From IMG/VR virus record IMGVR_UViG_3300041809_003414, positions 1 to 53,276 of that record: a stretch of DNA of 53,276 nucleotides, one strand, 5' to 3'. The notes beneath the pieces are model-generated. The model was not told the origin of the DNA. It saw only the letters and a program-made list of their open reading frames with translations, and did no database searches. The translations under genes and the position numbers were made by a program. Shown in pieces: positions 29,594 through 38,221 of the stretch (within the stretch, counting starts at the first letter, position 1; the number at the start of each line of letters is the position of its first letter). This DNA is from a virus. Taxonomy: Duplodnaviria > Caudoviricetes.

Positions 29594-29881
29594 TCATCGC
29601 TTGATCCTTTCCACGACGACAGCGGCGAACACCGTCACGGTTGCGGTCCAAAGAAGGCCCAGCACGGCGAGCGCGCCAGTGAGCCAAGCCCGCCATCGCT
29701 CCAACCGGGCGATGCGGTCCGAGTGTTGTGCACACAGGCCGGGCTGCCCATTACCGAGCAGCGTCTTCTGCATGGTTTCCATCACCGCCCGGGTCGCGGA
29801 CATCTCTGCGACAAGGTGCTCCACCGTCGTCCGCACGTCTTTGATTTCCGTAACCAAGTTCTCGCAATGCTCGCAGTGCAT
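29594..29881 (-). CDS. Coiled-coil plus C-terminal TM protein (XhlA/holin-like)
   Basis: LLGNGQPGL...RIARLERWR followed by a single TM helix. Confidence 0.6.
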   Translation of the reverse strand: MHCEHCENLVTEIKDVRTTVEHLVAEMSATRAVMETMQKTLLGNGQPGLCAQHSDRIARLERWRAWLTGALAVLGLLWTATVTVFAAVVVERIKR

Positions 29882-29886
29882 AGTCG

Positions 29887-30141
29887 TCACCACCTGTCAT
29901 AGAGCGTCGGTCCCGTGGGACCATCGCCACGCTTGTGCTGCGCGAACCGCACGCGGCTGCCGGTCTGGCCGCTAAGCTCGCGGATGTCCTCTTCGATCTC
30001 GGCCTTCGCTTTGCGCAGTTCGTCGACGGAGCGATACGTCACTTCACGGCCGTCCGGAAACCGCGCTTTCAAAGTCGGGTTGCCAAGCGCCTGATTAATG
30101 GCGTCGAGGTTCGCCTGCAGCTGCTGAAGCGTCAGTGCCAT
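29887..30141 (-). CDS. Head-tail joining protein gpW-like
   Basis: DGREVTYRSVDELRKA motif; before portal. Confidence 0.85.
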   Translation of the reverse strand: MALTLQQLQANLDAINQALGNPTLKARFPDGREVTYRSVDELRKAKAEIEEDIRELSGQTGSRVRFAQHKRGDGPTGPTLYDRW

Positions 30142-30252
30142 GTCAGGACCGCCCTATTCGCCTTTCCATCGGGTTTGCCGATTGATTTTTCGCGAGAAGT
30201 GCGCACATTTCCCTTGAGCTTTCCCGCGAACAGAGTGATGAATCGAGGTGCC

Positions 30253-30435
30253 ATGAAAAAGGCCGATATACAGGTCGGATTGACTTACATCGCCAAGGTT
30301 AGCGGTGTGCTGGCTAAGGTTCGCATCACCGGCGAATCGCCGTACGGCGGCTGGCGCGGAACCAATTTGGCAACCGGACGCGAGATTCGTATCCGGTCGG
30401 CGGCTCGCCTGCGCCGCACCGTAAACGAGCAGTAG
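30253..30435 (+). CDS. Small basic hypothetical protein (60 aa)
   Basis: GAGGTG SD; MKKADIQVG.TYIAKVSG...GGW.GTNLATGREIRIRSA.RLR. Confidence 0.7.
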   Translation: MKKADIQVGLTYIAKVSGVLAKVRITGESPYGGWRGTNLATGREIRIRSAARLRRTVNEQ

Positions 30436-30451
30436 AGAGGAGACCACCACA

Positions 30452-31093
30452 ATGACGCTTTTTGCAATCGACGCAGACAACAACATCACCACGTACCCTG
30501 CAGCCGAGAAGATCCCGGAAGGCCAGGAACGGTTCACCAACGAAAAGGAACTCGCCGCACTCGCCGGTAACTGGCCGGCGGATCGCTTGATCAGCGTTTG
30601 GAATAGCTTCGCCGGCGTGGCCGGCTTTGGTGCAGACCTCAAGCCGGTCAAAAAGTTCACGAACCGCAAAACGGCGATCGCCCGCATCTGGAAGGCCATC
30701 CAGAAACTCGACGGCGCATCCGAAGCCGGAACCACCGCCACAGCCGAAGCCGCCGCAGCAACGCCTGCGAAAGCCACCCCCAAAACGCCGAAGGGCACGC
30801 GGAAAGCCGCCAAGGGCGCGCCCACGAAGGCGAAGGCTACCAAGACTACCAAGTCCGCCAAGAAAGCCACCGGGGCGCCCGTACCGCGCGAGTTTTCGAA
30901 GAAGGCCGCCGTCATCGACATGCTGCGCCGCAAGGGCGGCGCGACCCTGGAGGAGATTGCCAAGGCTACCGACTGGCAAAACCACACCATTCGGGGCTTC
31001 GTGTCCGGCACGCTCACCAAGAAAATGGGCCTGAACGTCGAGAGCGCCAAGAACGCCGACGGCGCGCGTTACTACCGGATCACCAGCAAATAG
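30452..31093 (+). CDS. DUF3489 domain protein (C-terminal winged HTH)
   Basis: SKKAAVIDMLRRKGGATLEEIAKATDWQNHTIRGFVSG motif; K/A-rich linker; GAGGAG SD. Confidence 0.85.
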   Translation: MTLFAIDADNNITTYPAAEKIPEGQERFTNEKELAALAGNWPADRLISVWNSFAGVAGFGADLKPVKKFTNRKTAIARIWKAIQKLDGASEAGTTATAEAAAATPAKATPKTPKGTRKAAKGAPTKAKATKTTKSAKKATGAPVPREFSKKAAVIDMLRRKGGATLEEIAKATDWQNHTIRGFVSGTLTKKMGLNVESAKNADGARYYRITSK

Positions 31094-31119
31094 CCCGGTC
31101 CCAATGCTTGGGCTTCCCG

Positions 31120-31143
31120 CCGCCGCCCGGAAACGGGCGGCGG
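31120..31143 (+). terminator. GC-rich hairpin between convergent genes
   Basis: CCGCCGCCCG-GAAA-CGGGCGGCGG 10-bp stem followed by TTGTCGTTT. Confidence 0.65.
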
Positions 31144-31174
31144 TTGTCGTTTATGCAGCGTCCTTCGCCATGCC

Positions 31175-32413
31175 TTAAGCCACTTCGTCAAACGTCCGGC
31201 CGGACCCCTCGTGCCGCGCCTGTTTCCCGGTCCATTGCTGCCAGCGACGGATCACAACGTCGCAGTACTTCGGGTCCAACTCAATCAGTCGCGCCTGGCG
31301 GCCGGCCTTTTCGCAGGCGATAGCGGTTGTGCCACTGCCGGCAAAGGGATCGAGGATCGTGTCGCGCGTTTTGCTGCTGTTGCGGATCGCACGCTCGACC
31401 AGCTCGACCGGTTTCATAGTCGGATGTTCCTGGTTGCTCGCAGGACGTTTGATGAACCAGATGTCGCCCTGGTCGCGGGCCCCACACCAGAAGTGGTCCA
31501 CACCGTCGCGCCAGCCGTACAGAATCGGTTCGTACTGACGCTGATAATCAGATCGACCCAGCGTGAAGTGATGCTTGGCCCAGATCACAAACGTCGACCA
31601 ATGCCCGCCGGCATCCGTGAATGCCTGGTGGAGCGTGTGCAGTTCCGACGAGGACATGCAGATGTAGATGGCGCCTTTGCAGACCGTCAACATGTTTGTC
31701 GACGCGTCGCGCAGGAAGTCGTAGAACTGCTCGCCCAGTTTGTCGTTCTGGATCTTGAGTTTCTTTGCCGTCTTCCCTTCGTAGGCGACGCCATACGGTG
31801 GATCGCTGAAGACCATATCGGCCAACCCGCCAGCCATGACCTTCTCCACGTCTGCGAGCACCGTAGCATCGCCGCAAAGCAGGCGGTGCTCGCCCATCAC
31901 CCAAACGTCGCCGGTAACCGTGACGACAGTTTCCTGGGCCTCCGGTGCCGCTTCGTCCTCGCTCAGGCCCGAAGTGCTCTCTTCTGGATCTACCAGGATC
32001 TCGTCAAGTTCCTCGGGGCTGAATCCCACCAGTTCCAGGTCGTACTCGACGGCCTTCAGCGACTCCAGTTCGACGCGCAACATCTCGTCGTCCCACCCGG
32101 CATTGGTCGCAATCTTATTGTCGGCCAGCACCAGCGCGCGCCGATCGTCCTCGCTGAGATGGTCGAGGACGATGACTGGAACCTCGGCAAGACCGAGCTT
32201 ACGCGCAGCCGCCAGGCGGGCGTGGCCTGCGATGATGATGTTGTCGCTGCCGACGAGGATCGGATTGGTCCAGCCAAACTGGCGCATGCTCGCGGCGACC
32301 TGGGCTACCTGCTCGTCGGTATGGGTCCGTGCGTTCCGGATGTACGGCAGCAGTCGGTCCACCGGCCAGATTTGGATGTGGAGATTGCGAAGGCGCTCAA
32401 TGATGTCCAACAT
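31175..32413 (-). CDS. ParB-like domain / DNA methyltransferase (DPPY, likely N6-adenine)
   Basis: NARTH...IIAGHARL ParB-N; FSDPPY, HPTMKPVELV, DPFAGSGTT. Confidence 0.92.
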   Translation of the reverse strand: MLDIIERLRNLHIQIWPVDRLLPYIRNARTHTDEQVAQVAASMRQFGWTNPILVGSDNIIIAGHARLAAARKLGLAEVPVIVLDHLSEDDRRALVLADNKIATNAGWDDEMLRVELESLKAVEYDLELVGFSPEELDEILVDPEESTSGLSEDEAAPEAQETVVTVTGDVWVMGEHRLLCGDATVLADVEKVMAGGLADMVFSDPPYGVAYEGKTAKKLKIQNDKLGEQFYDFLRDASTNMLTVCKGAIYICMSSSELHTLHQAFTDAGGHWSTFVIWAKHHFTLGRSDYQRQYEPILYGWRDGVDHFWCGARDQGDIWFIKRPASNQEHPTMKPVELVERAIRNSSKTRDTILDPFAGSGTTAIACEKAGRQARLIELDPKYCDVVIRRWQQWTGKQARHEGSGRTFDEVA

Positions 32414-32414
32414 C

Positions 32415-33947
32415 TCAGAGGTTTCCCTTTTGTCGTGTCCGGAGATCCGGTTCGTTACCAGCGTCAGCGGGCAGATCGCGCGCCTCCGCAACGTCACTGA
32501 ACGTCTGACCGGACTCCGCCCGCACCGGAGTCTCGCCAGCCAGATTGACTATGCGCCGCAGGATGACATCGCAGTAGGCCGGCGACAACTCGCAGCCATA
32601 CGCGATGCGATCCAGCAGGTGCGCCGCCGCCATCGTCGTCCCGGAACCCATGAACGGGTCATAGACGATGTCCCCCGGATCGCTGAACGCAAACAGGAAG
32701 AACTCCACCAGCGCCCGCGGAAACGGTGCGCTGTGGGATCCCTGGCTCGACTCGGACTTCACCTCGATGACGTTCGACGGTCGCGCCACGCCGGTGTAGC
32801 GGCCTTCCGTGTTCGGCGCCGCGTTCAGATCGCGGTGCGATCTCTGCCAGGCGCTCTGGTTCCTGCCGGGATCGGCGGCGGCGCCGCGCGGCCCCGTGCC
32901 CAGTAGCCCGCTGCCCGATGTGGACTTTGGGTTGTTGGGCGAATATTCGAAACAGTCCTCCGACTCATGCCCGACGCGCTTGGGCCGGAATTTAATTTCC
33001 TGCTGGCGGCAAAAATGGAAGACAGGTTCCCAGGCGTTTTTGAAACGGTTGTTCCAACCGCCAGGCACGCCATTGTCCGTTTTGCGCCAGCAGAACTCGT
33101 CCACAAAACGCCAACCCCACAGGCGGCGGTGGGCGATCACTAAATCTTTCACATAAAGGCTGCGCTCGCCGTTGTCGGCATGCTCCTTGATGTTCAGGAA
33201 GTAGGAGGCATCGTCTGCAAGGATCGCGGCGATGTTGGCGGCCACATCGCGATACCAGTCTGCATACTGGTCCGGCGGGATCGGGCGGAAGCCGCTCGAA
33301 GAGTCGTACTCCCGCTGCGAGGCGTACGGCGGTGATGTGATCGCGACGTTCGCGTGCGCTTCCTCGAATAGTTTGCGAATAACACTCGCGTCACGGCAAT
33401 CGCCGCATATCAGACGGTGCTTGCCGATCACCCAGACATCGCCTGGCCGGGTGACAGCCTGGACGGGAGTCTCCGGAACCTCCTCCTCTGCCTCGGGAGC
33501 AGCTTCCGGTTCCTCGGGCACAGCCAGCAGCGCATCGAGCTCGTCGGTAGAGAAACCCACGAGCGCCAGGTCGAGGCCATCCGTTTGGAGGTCCTTCAAC
33601 TCGTCGGCAAGGAGAGTATCGTCCCATCCGGCGTTGAGCGCGATCTTGTTGTCGGCGATGATGTAGGCGCGCCGCTGGGTTTCGCTGAGGTGATCCAGCA
33701 CAACCACCGGCACCTCGCCAAGGCCCAGCTTCCGGGCAGCCAGGAGGCGACCATGGCCGGCTATTACGCCAGCATCGGATGCCACCAGAATTGGGGAGTT
33801 GAAGCCGAATTCCTTGATGGACGCTGCGATTTGAGCCACCTGCTCTTCGGAATGGGTCCGAGCGTTCCTCTGGTAGGGGAGCAGTCGCTCCACAGGCCAA
33901 ATCTCGATCCGTTGAGCCATCGCAGGAGTGAATGTCTTCGTGCTCAT
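32415..33947 (-). CDS. ParB-like domain / DNA methyltransferase (SPPY, likely N4-cytosine)
   Basis: NARTHS...VIAGHGRL ParB-N; ITSPPY, HSAPFP, DPFMGSGTT. Confidence 0.92.
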   Translation of the reverse strand: MSTKTFTPAMAQRIEIWPVERLLPYQRNARTHSEEQVAQIAASIKEFGFNSPILVASDAGVIAGHGRLLAARKLGLGEVPVVVLDHLSETQRRAYIIADNKIALNAGWDDTLLADELKDLQTDGLDLALVGFSTDELDALLAVPEEPEAAPEAEEEVPETPVQAVTRPGDVWVIGKHRLICGDCRDASVIRKLFEEAHANVAITSPPYASQREYDSSSGFRPIPPDQYADWYRDVAANIAAILADDASYFLNIKEHADNGERSLYVKDLVIAHRRLWGWRFVDEFCWRKTDNGVPGGWNNRFKNAWEPVFHFCRQQEIKFRPKRVGHESEDCFEYSPNNPKSTSGSGLLGTGPRGAAADPGRNQSAWQRSHRDLNAAPNTEGRYTGVARPSNVIEVKSESSQGSHSAPFPRALVEFFLFAFSDPGDIVYDPFMGSGTTMAAAHLLDRIAYGCELSPAYCDVILRRIVNLAGETPVRAESGQTFSDVAEARDLPADAGNEPDLRTRQKGNL

Positions 33948-34022
33948 ACTATTTGCGGGGGGCGGGGACTTCCGGATTGGTTATCCCCGCCTGAGGTTGA
34001 TTCGCGTGAGGAGATTGGCAGC

Positions 34023-34316
34023 CTAAGAACCGGTACTGGAACTGGAACCGGAGTCGGTGGTCGGAATCATGGCAGCCTGGGCCGCCGCGATGAGCGTGGT
34101 GAGCGCGGTGTTGAAGCCGGTGGCGGCGGCCGCCTGATTCTGCTGGTCGGTCGCGACGGTAGCGTTCGCAGCGTCCAGTTTCGCCTGGATCGCGGCGGCC
34201 GCACTTTGGTCATTCGCCGTGGTCGTGACGGCGGTTTGGTATGCGGTGCCAGCCTGCTCGGCGGCAGTAATGGCATCGCTCAACGTGGGAGTAGGAGTGG
34301 GGGGTGTGGTGCTCAT
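34023..34316 (-). CDS. Ala/Thr-rich helical hypothetical protein
   Basis: 97 aa ORF in operon orientation. Confidence 0.55.
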   Translation of the reverse strand: MSTTPPTPTPTLSDAITAAEQAGTAYQTAVTTTANDQSAAAAIQAKLDAANATVATDQQNQAAAATGFNTALTTLIAAAQAAMIPTTDSGSSSSTGS

Positions 34317-34393
34317 AACTTTTGAGGGCGATGAATAGTTTGGCTAACCAATTGTGTGTTAGCTCACTCGCAAGGTTTGACCGGGATGATCCT

Positions 34394-34663
34394 GTGAAAT
34401 CCACCAGCCGCCGTGATCCGCGTTTTACGCTACCTTTAAGTAGCGTGCCCATCGATCCGGCGTCCTCAGAAGAACAAAGGTTGGTTGCCGAGTACCACAT
34501 TGCCACCGAACGGTATACCGCCGCTGTCGGCGAATTGACGCAGCACAGGGCAACAATGGGCCAAGAGGATTATACGAAGCTCTTGCATATCGTGGAGGAT
34601 GCTCGGAATGAATGTGAGCGCGTCCGCAACGCTCTGTCCAGCCTTCACGAAAAGCAGCCTTAA
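34394..34663 (+). CDS. Small helical hypothetical protein (moron), similar to 14784..14981
   Basis: EEQRLVAEY...YTAAVGEL...EDY...EDAR; opposite strand; start uncertain. Confidence 0.55.
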   Translation: MKSTSRRDPRFTLPLSSVPIDPASSEEQRLVAEYHIATERYTAAVGELTQHRATMGQEDYTKLLHIVEDARNECERVRNALSSLHEKQP

Positions 34664-34698
34664 AAATCCCGGCCATGCAACGTGGTGTCCGAGCTCTT

Positions 34699-35034
34699 CT
34701 AGTGGAACCAATGCGGTCGACGCGGCAGCCATCGTGAGCGAGGCTGGTGCCGTTGGCGGTCGTGGTAGAACGGATCATCCGCGCGCGGCCCCCAACCGTC
34801 GTCTTTCCACTGCGTCGCGCCTCGCGCGGTTATTCCGGCGGGCGATTGTTTAGCCATGCCCATGTTCGAAGCCGTCGCGACGGAGGCGGCCGATGCAGCC
34901 TTCGGCGCACAGACCACGCAACATCGGGGGCAGAATATCCCCCGATGGAACATTGGCTGGTGCATCTTCTCAGCCCGCCCGCCACACATGAGGCAAGCGC
35001 CAGTGATGTTCGCGGACTGGATGCACGGCTCCAT
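34699..35034 (-). CDS. Cys-rich hypothetical protein
   Basis: CLMC and CPRCCVVC motifs; starts 3 nt after the terL stop. Confidence 0.5.
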   Translation of the reverse strand: MEPCIQSANITGACLMCGGRAEKMHQPMFHRGIFCPRCCVVCAPKAASAASVATASNMGMAKQSPAGITARGATQWKDDGWGPRADDPFYHDRQRHQPRSRWLPRRPHWFH

Positions 35035-35037
35035 GGA

Positions 35038-36984
35038 TTAAGAATTGGACCGGCGCTCAAGCCAATCCTGCCGCTCGATCCACGGTCGCCGCTCCTGGCG
35101 GCCAGCGGATTGGGCCGCCGATTGTCCGTGCCCTTCCTCGCCGGCGGATTTCGCCGCCATCAGCGCCTCAATATGCTGCGCCTGTTTATTCAGTCGGAAC
35201 CGACCGGCAATTAATGATTGCAGCGCGGCGTACGCATAGCATCTGGCGTCAATCGCCTCGTTGCGGGCGCCGGCCTTCTTCGTCCACTCTCGACTGGCGA
35301 AACCTTTGGTGTACCGCACCCGGCAAGTCTCGGCCGTGAGTTGCTCGAAGTATCCCTGATCGTATTGGTCGCTGATGGGAAAGTGGCAGAAACCCGGCCC
35401 CGGCTCGGTAATCTTGAGACGCGCATAGAGCGCTTCTTTGGCCGCGTCGACACCGATGACCCATAAGGGGCGATTGTCTTTGGCCTTACTGTGCATCCGA
35501 GGCCAAATCGGACGCTGTCCAGCCGCACCCTTGATCGGGTACATCTTCGGTAACGCCCTTCGGCGCCCCCGGTCACTACAAAACTGCTGCACGATCGGTT
35601 GGTGAAACCCGGAGTCCACGCACGCCGCGGCGATCTCCATTTCCTGGCCGCACGGGTGTTCGAATGTCAGCGACAGCACCTGATCGAACCCGTCCCACAG
35701 GTCGCGTTGCGCCGGATCTCCCGGAAGAACGATGTACGCCAGGGACCAAGACTCCTCGTCGCGCCCCCAACCCACGATCTCCATTTCAATTCGATCGGCC
35801 TGTAAATCCGCACCCACGGTAATCAGCACCACACCGGCTGGAAGCATGACTTCCGCACGGTATGGTTGTCGCCGGCCCAGTAGCTCGCTAGCGTCGGTTT
35901 TTGTCGCACCGGCCTGCTGGAACGTCTCCGCCAGGATCGTATTCGTGAAGGTCTGCATCCTCTCGGGGGACTTGCGGGCGCGCAAGAAGTCCTTCGCGAG
36001 CTGCGACCAGATGGTCCACGGCGAATACAACGCGTTGAGCCAGAACCCGGCTGTTTCGCCATCACCCGCCGCCTCCGCCCGCCACTCGCCGCGCTCCAGC
36101 ATCGCGGCTTTCTGGTGGTCTGCAATATGCCCTTGGCAGCGTTCGCACTCATACCACGCGTCGGCGGGTTTGCGGTCGGGCCACTTCACTCCGCTCCAGC
36201 GCAGGATCTGGAAGACTCCGCAGTGCGGGCAGGGCACGTAATACTTCCGCTGGTCGGACTCCAGGTACGCCTGCTCGATGCGGCTGGCCTCCGCAATCGT
36301 CGGCGTCGATACCATCGCGATCTGGCGGTTGGCGAACGTTGCGGTGCGCCGGATCGCGAGATCCACGGGGTCGCCTTCCTCCGTGCCCGCCGCACCGGAC
36401 GATGCCGACGGCGGATACGCGTCCACCTCATCCATCAGCAGGAACCGCGCCGGCATGGACCGCAGGCCCACGGAGCTATTAGCGCCCGTGACCACGAGGA
36501 CTCCGCCCGGAAATTCCTTCGCCAGGATTGTGTTGCCGGAATCGCGTTCGCGCGGGTCTGATACCCGTTGAGCCAGCACAGACGTGTTATCAATCAGCGA
36601 AGCAATCCTTTGGCGGGAAAACCGTTTCGCAAGCTCGACCGTCGGCTCCACCAGCATCGTCGGGCCGGGCGCATAGTGGATGATGTAGCCCAGCATGTTT
36701 AGCAGGACTTCGGACCCGCCAATCTGGGCCGGCTTCATGTAGACTACGCGCGAGAACGGCGACGACGGACTGAGGCAATCCATGATCTCGCGTAGGAACG
36801 GCGTGCGAGACGTGCGCCAGCGGCCAGGTTCGCCCGCCGACACACGAGAGAGCACGCGGTACTGATCGCTCCATTCGCCGATCGTGAGTTCCGGGTCCGG
36901 CCGCAGCGCGCCGGCGAACGCCTCGCGAATGCCGGCGAGGATTATCTCCGGCGTCACTGCGTGCTCAGAGGGTGCTGATGGCAT
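35038..36984 (-). CDS. terL: Terminase large subunit, lambda GpA family
   Basis: G.WRTSRTPFLREIMD, KPAQIGGSE, LMDEVDAY, STPT, CPHC/CERC, GADLQADRIE, RNEAID. Confidence 0.96.
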   Translation of the reverse strand: MPSAPSEHAVTPEIILAGIREAFAGALRPDPELTIGEWSDQYRVLSRVSAGEPGRWRTSRTPFLREIMDCLSPSSPFSRVVYMKPAQIGGSEVLLNMLGYIIHYAPGPTMLVEPTVELAKRFSRQRIASLIDNTSVLAQRVSDPRERDSGNTILAKEFPGGVLVVTGANSSVGLRSMPARFLLMDEVDAYPPSASSGAAGTEEGDPVDLAIRRTATFANRQIAMVSTPTIAEASRIEQAYLESDQRKYYVPCPHCGVFQILRWSGVKWPDRKPADAWYECERCQGHIADHQKAAMLERGEWRAEAAGDGETAGFWLNALYSPWTIWSQLAKDFLRARKSPERMQTFTNTILAETFQQAGATKTDASELLGRRQPYRAEVMLPAGVVLITVGADLQADRIEMEIVGWGRDEESWSLAYIVLPGDPAQRDLWDGFDQVLSLTFEHPCGQEMEIAAACVDSGFHQPIVQQFCSDRGRRRALPKMYPIKGAAGQRPIWPRMHSKAKDNRPLWVIGVDAAKEALYARLKITEPGPGFCHFPISDQYDQGYFEQLTAETCRVRYTKGFASREWTKKAGARNEAIDARCYAYAALQSLIAGRFRLNKQAQHIEALMAAKSAGEEGHGQSAAQSAGRQERRPWIERQDWLERRSNS

Positions 36985-37513
36985 TCGCTAATGCCTCCAG
37001 TTCCCGCGAGAGTTCGGCCTTCAGGGTTACGTGGACCTTCTTTGAGTCGGGTTCCGCGGCCAGGACCGTCGCCAGGCGATCGGGAAGACCGAGGATGCCG
37101 TCACGGAGACTCCGCACGGCTTCGGCAATCGTTTTGCGAACCGCCTCGGCCTCGATTAGCCGGCCCTGCTTCGTTTCGAACTCGAGCCGGCGAAGCTTTG
37201 CACGGAATACCATCTCGATCGTTCGTGCCTGTCCGAAGCTGGCACCGCCAGCCTGGGGCAAGGAGTCCGCTGTGCGGGACGGAGCCGCCATTGACGGCCC
37301 AGCCGGCGACTCGTTCACCTCATCGACCGGCTTGTCGTCGAGGACCGTGTCGGAGGCGCGGACATCAATTTTGCCGCCACGCATCACGAGTACACCGGCT
37401 TTGGCCAGTTGCGAAATGTATTGGCGGGATTTTCGGCGGTGCCGCGCGTATTCCGCCTGGCTCATCACCGCTGGTTTGGCTTCGGAAGGCGCTTCCGCTC
37501 GTCGACTTGACAT
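36965..37513 (-). CDS. terS: Terminase small subunit (Nu1-like)
   Basis: N-terminal wHTH MSQAEYARHR..SRQYIS; C-terminal helical region; overlaps terL. Confidence 0.85.
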   Translation of the reverse strand: MSSRRAEAPSEAKPAVMSQAEYARHRRKSRQYISQLAKAGVLVMRGGKIDVRASDTVLDDKPVDEVNESPAGPSMAAPSRTADSLPQAGGASFGQARTIEMVFRAKLRRLEFETKQGRLIEAEAVRKTIAEAVRSLRDGILGLPDRLATVLAAEPDSKKVHVTLKAELSRELEALANAISTL

Positions 37514-37671
37514 GTCAAGTAGCTCGGTTGCGTTTATCTTGCGTTACTTCAGAGGATTAGGCGGCGTCGCGTCAAGTAGTGTCAAGCGACTGTCAAGTAG
37601 TTTTTCGGGCCTGACGGTGCGTGAATTGCGCACAAGGGCTACCCGCGGTTTTCGCCCGCGTTTCAGGTCCC
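37505..37671 (-). other. Candidate cos / packaging site
   Basis: cosQ-like GGGACCT (37671..37665), GCGGGTAGCCC segment, three GTCAAG repeats at 37571/37581/37592 and a 16-bp palindrome at the terS start. Confidence 0.5.
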
Positions 37672-37706
37672 AAGAAACGCCGGCGGACCCCTTGGCCCGG
37701 TCTTCT

Positions 37707-38027
37707 TCACGAATTTGCCAGGCAGTCGGTGACCACTTGGCGGAAGATCGGTCGTAGCTTGTCTCCCTTGCCCAGTCGCCGCAATGTCCAAACGAACTTC
37801 CCACTATCCAGCCGCTCCTGGAAGCTATAGCGCGTGCCAAGGTAATCGGCGATGCACATTGGCGTCGGATCATCGGCGCGACGCCGGAGCACGAGGCGCC
37901 GGATATCGCCCTTGCGCGAGCGCACGGCCATGACCAGTTCAGCGGCCAGTAACCGTTCCACCCGTTTACTTCCGATCCAATCGATGAGTTCCCCGTCTGG
38001 GGAGTACAGAGGGATTTCGTTTTGCAT
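37707..38027 (-). CDS. Hypothetical protein, first gene of late operon
   Basis: About 106 aa basic ORF between putative late promoter and cos region. Confidence 0.6.
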   Translation of the reverse strand: MQNEIPLYSPDGELIDWIGSKRVERLLAAELVMAVRSRKGDIRRLVLRRRADDPTPMCIADYLGTRYSFQERLDSGKFVWTLRRLGKGDKLRPIFRQVVTDCLANS

Positions 38028-38155
38028 ACGCGAAGACACTTCGGGCATCAAAGGCTGCGGGAGATGGATTAACGAGCGTCCCGGCGCTCACATGAATATG
38101 GGGAAGGTTCGTCGGAAGGTGCGCTTTGCGCTGGCTTACGAACTTGGCCTCTATA

Positions 38156-38207
38156 GTTATATACCCCGCGTACCCCCGATTTTTGAAATGGAAAACGAAA
38201 AATATTT
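38156..38207 (-). promoter_or_regulatory. Putative late promoter (phage sigma factor-dependent), copy 1
   Basis: 52-bp element closely matching 52167..52218; intergenic, upstream of packaging genes. Confidence 0.65.
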
Positions 38208-38221
38208 GTGGAAAAGATCCC

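Noticed and set aside
37707-38027. Terminase-associated HNH endonuclease or IscB-like protein
   Set aside because: The N-terminus (LYSPDGELI...RVERLL) faintly resembles RRXRR-type modules but there is no HNH, Cys or RuvC motif
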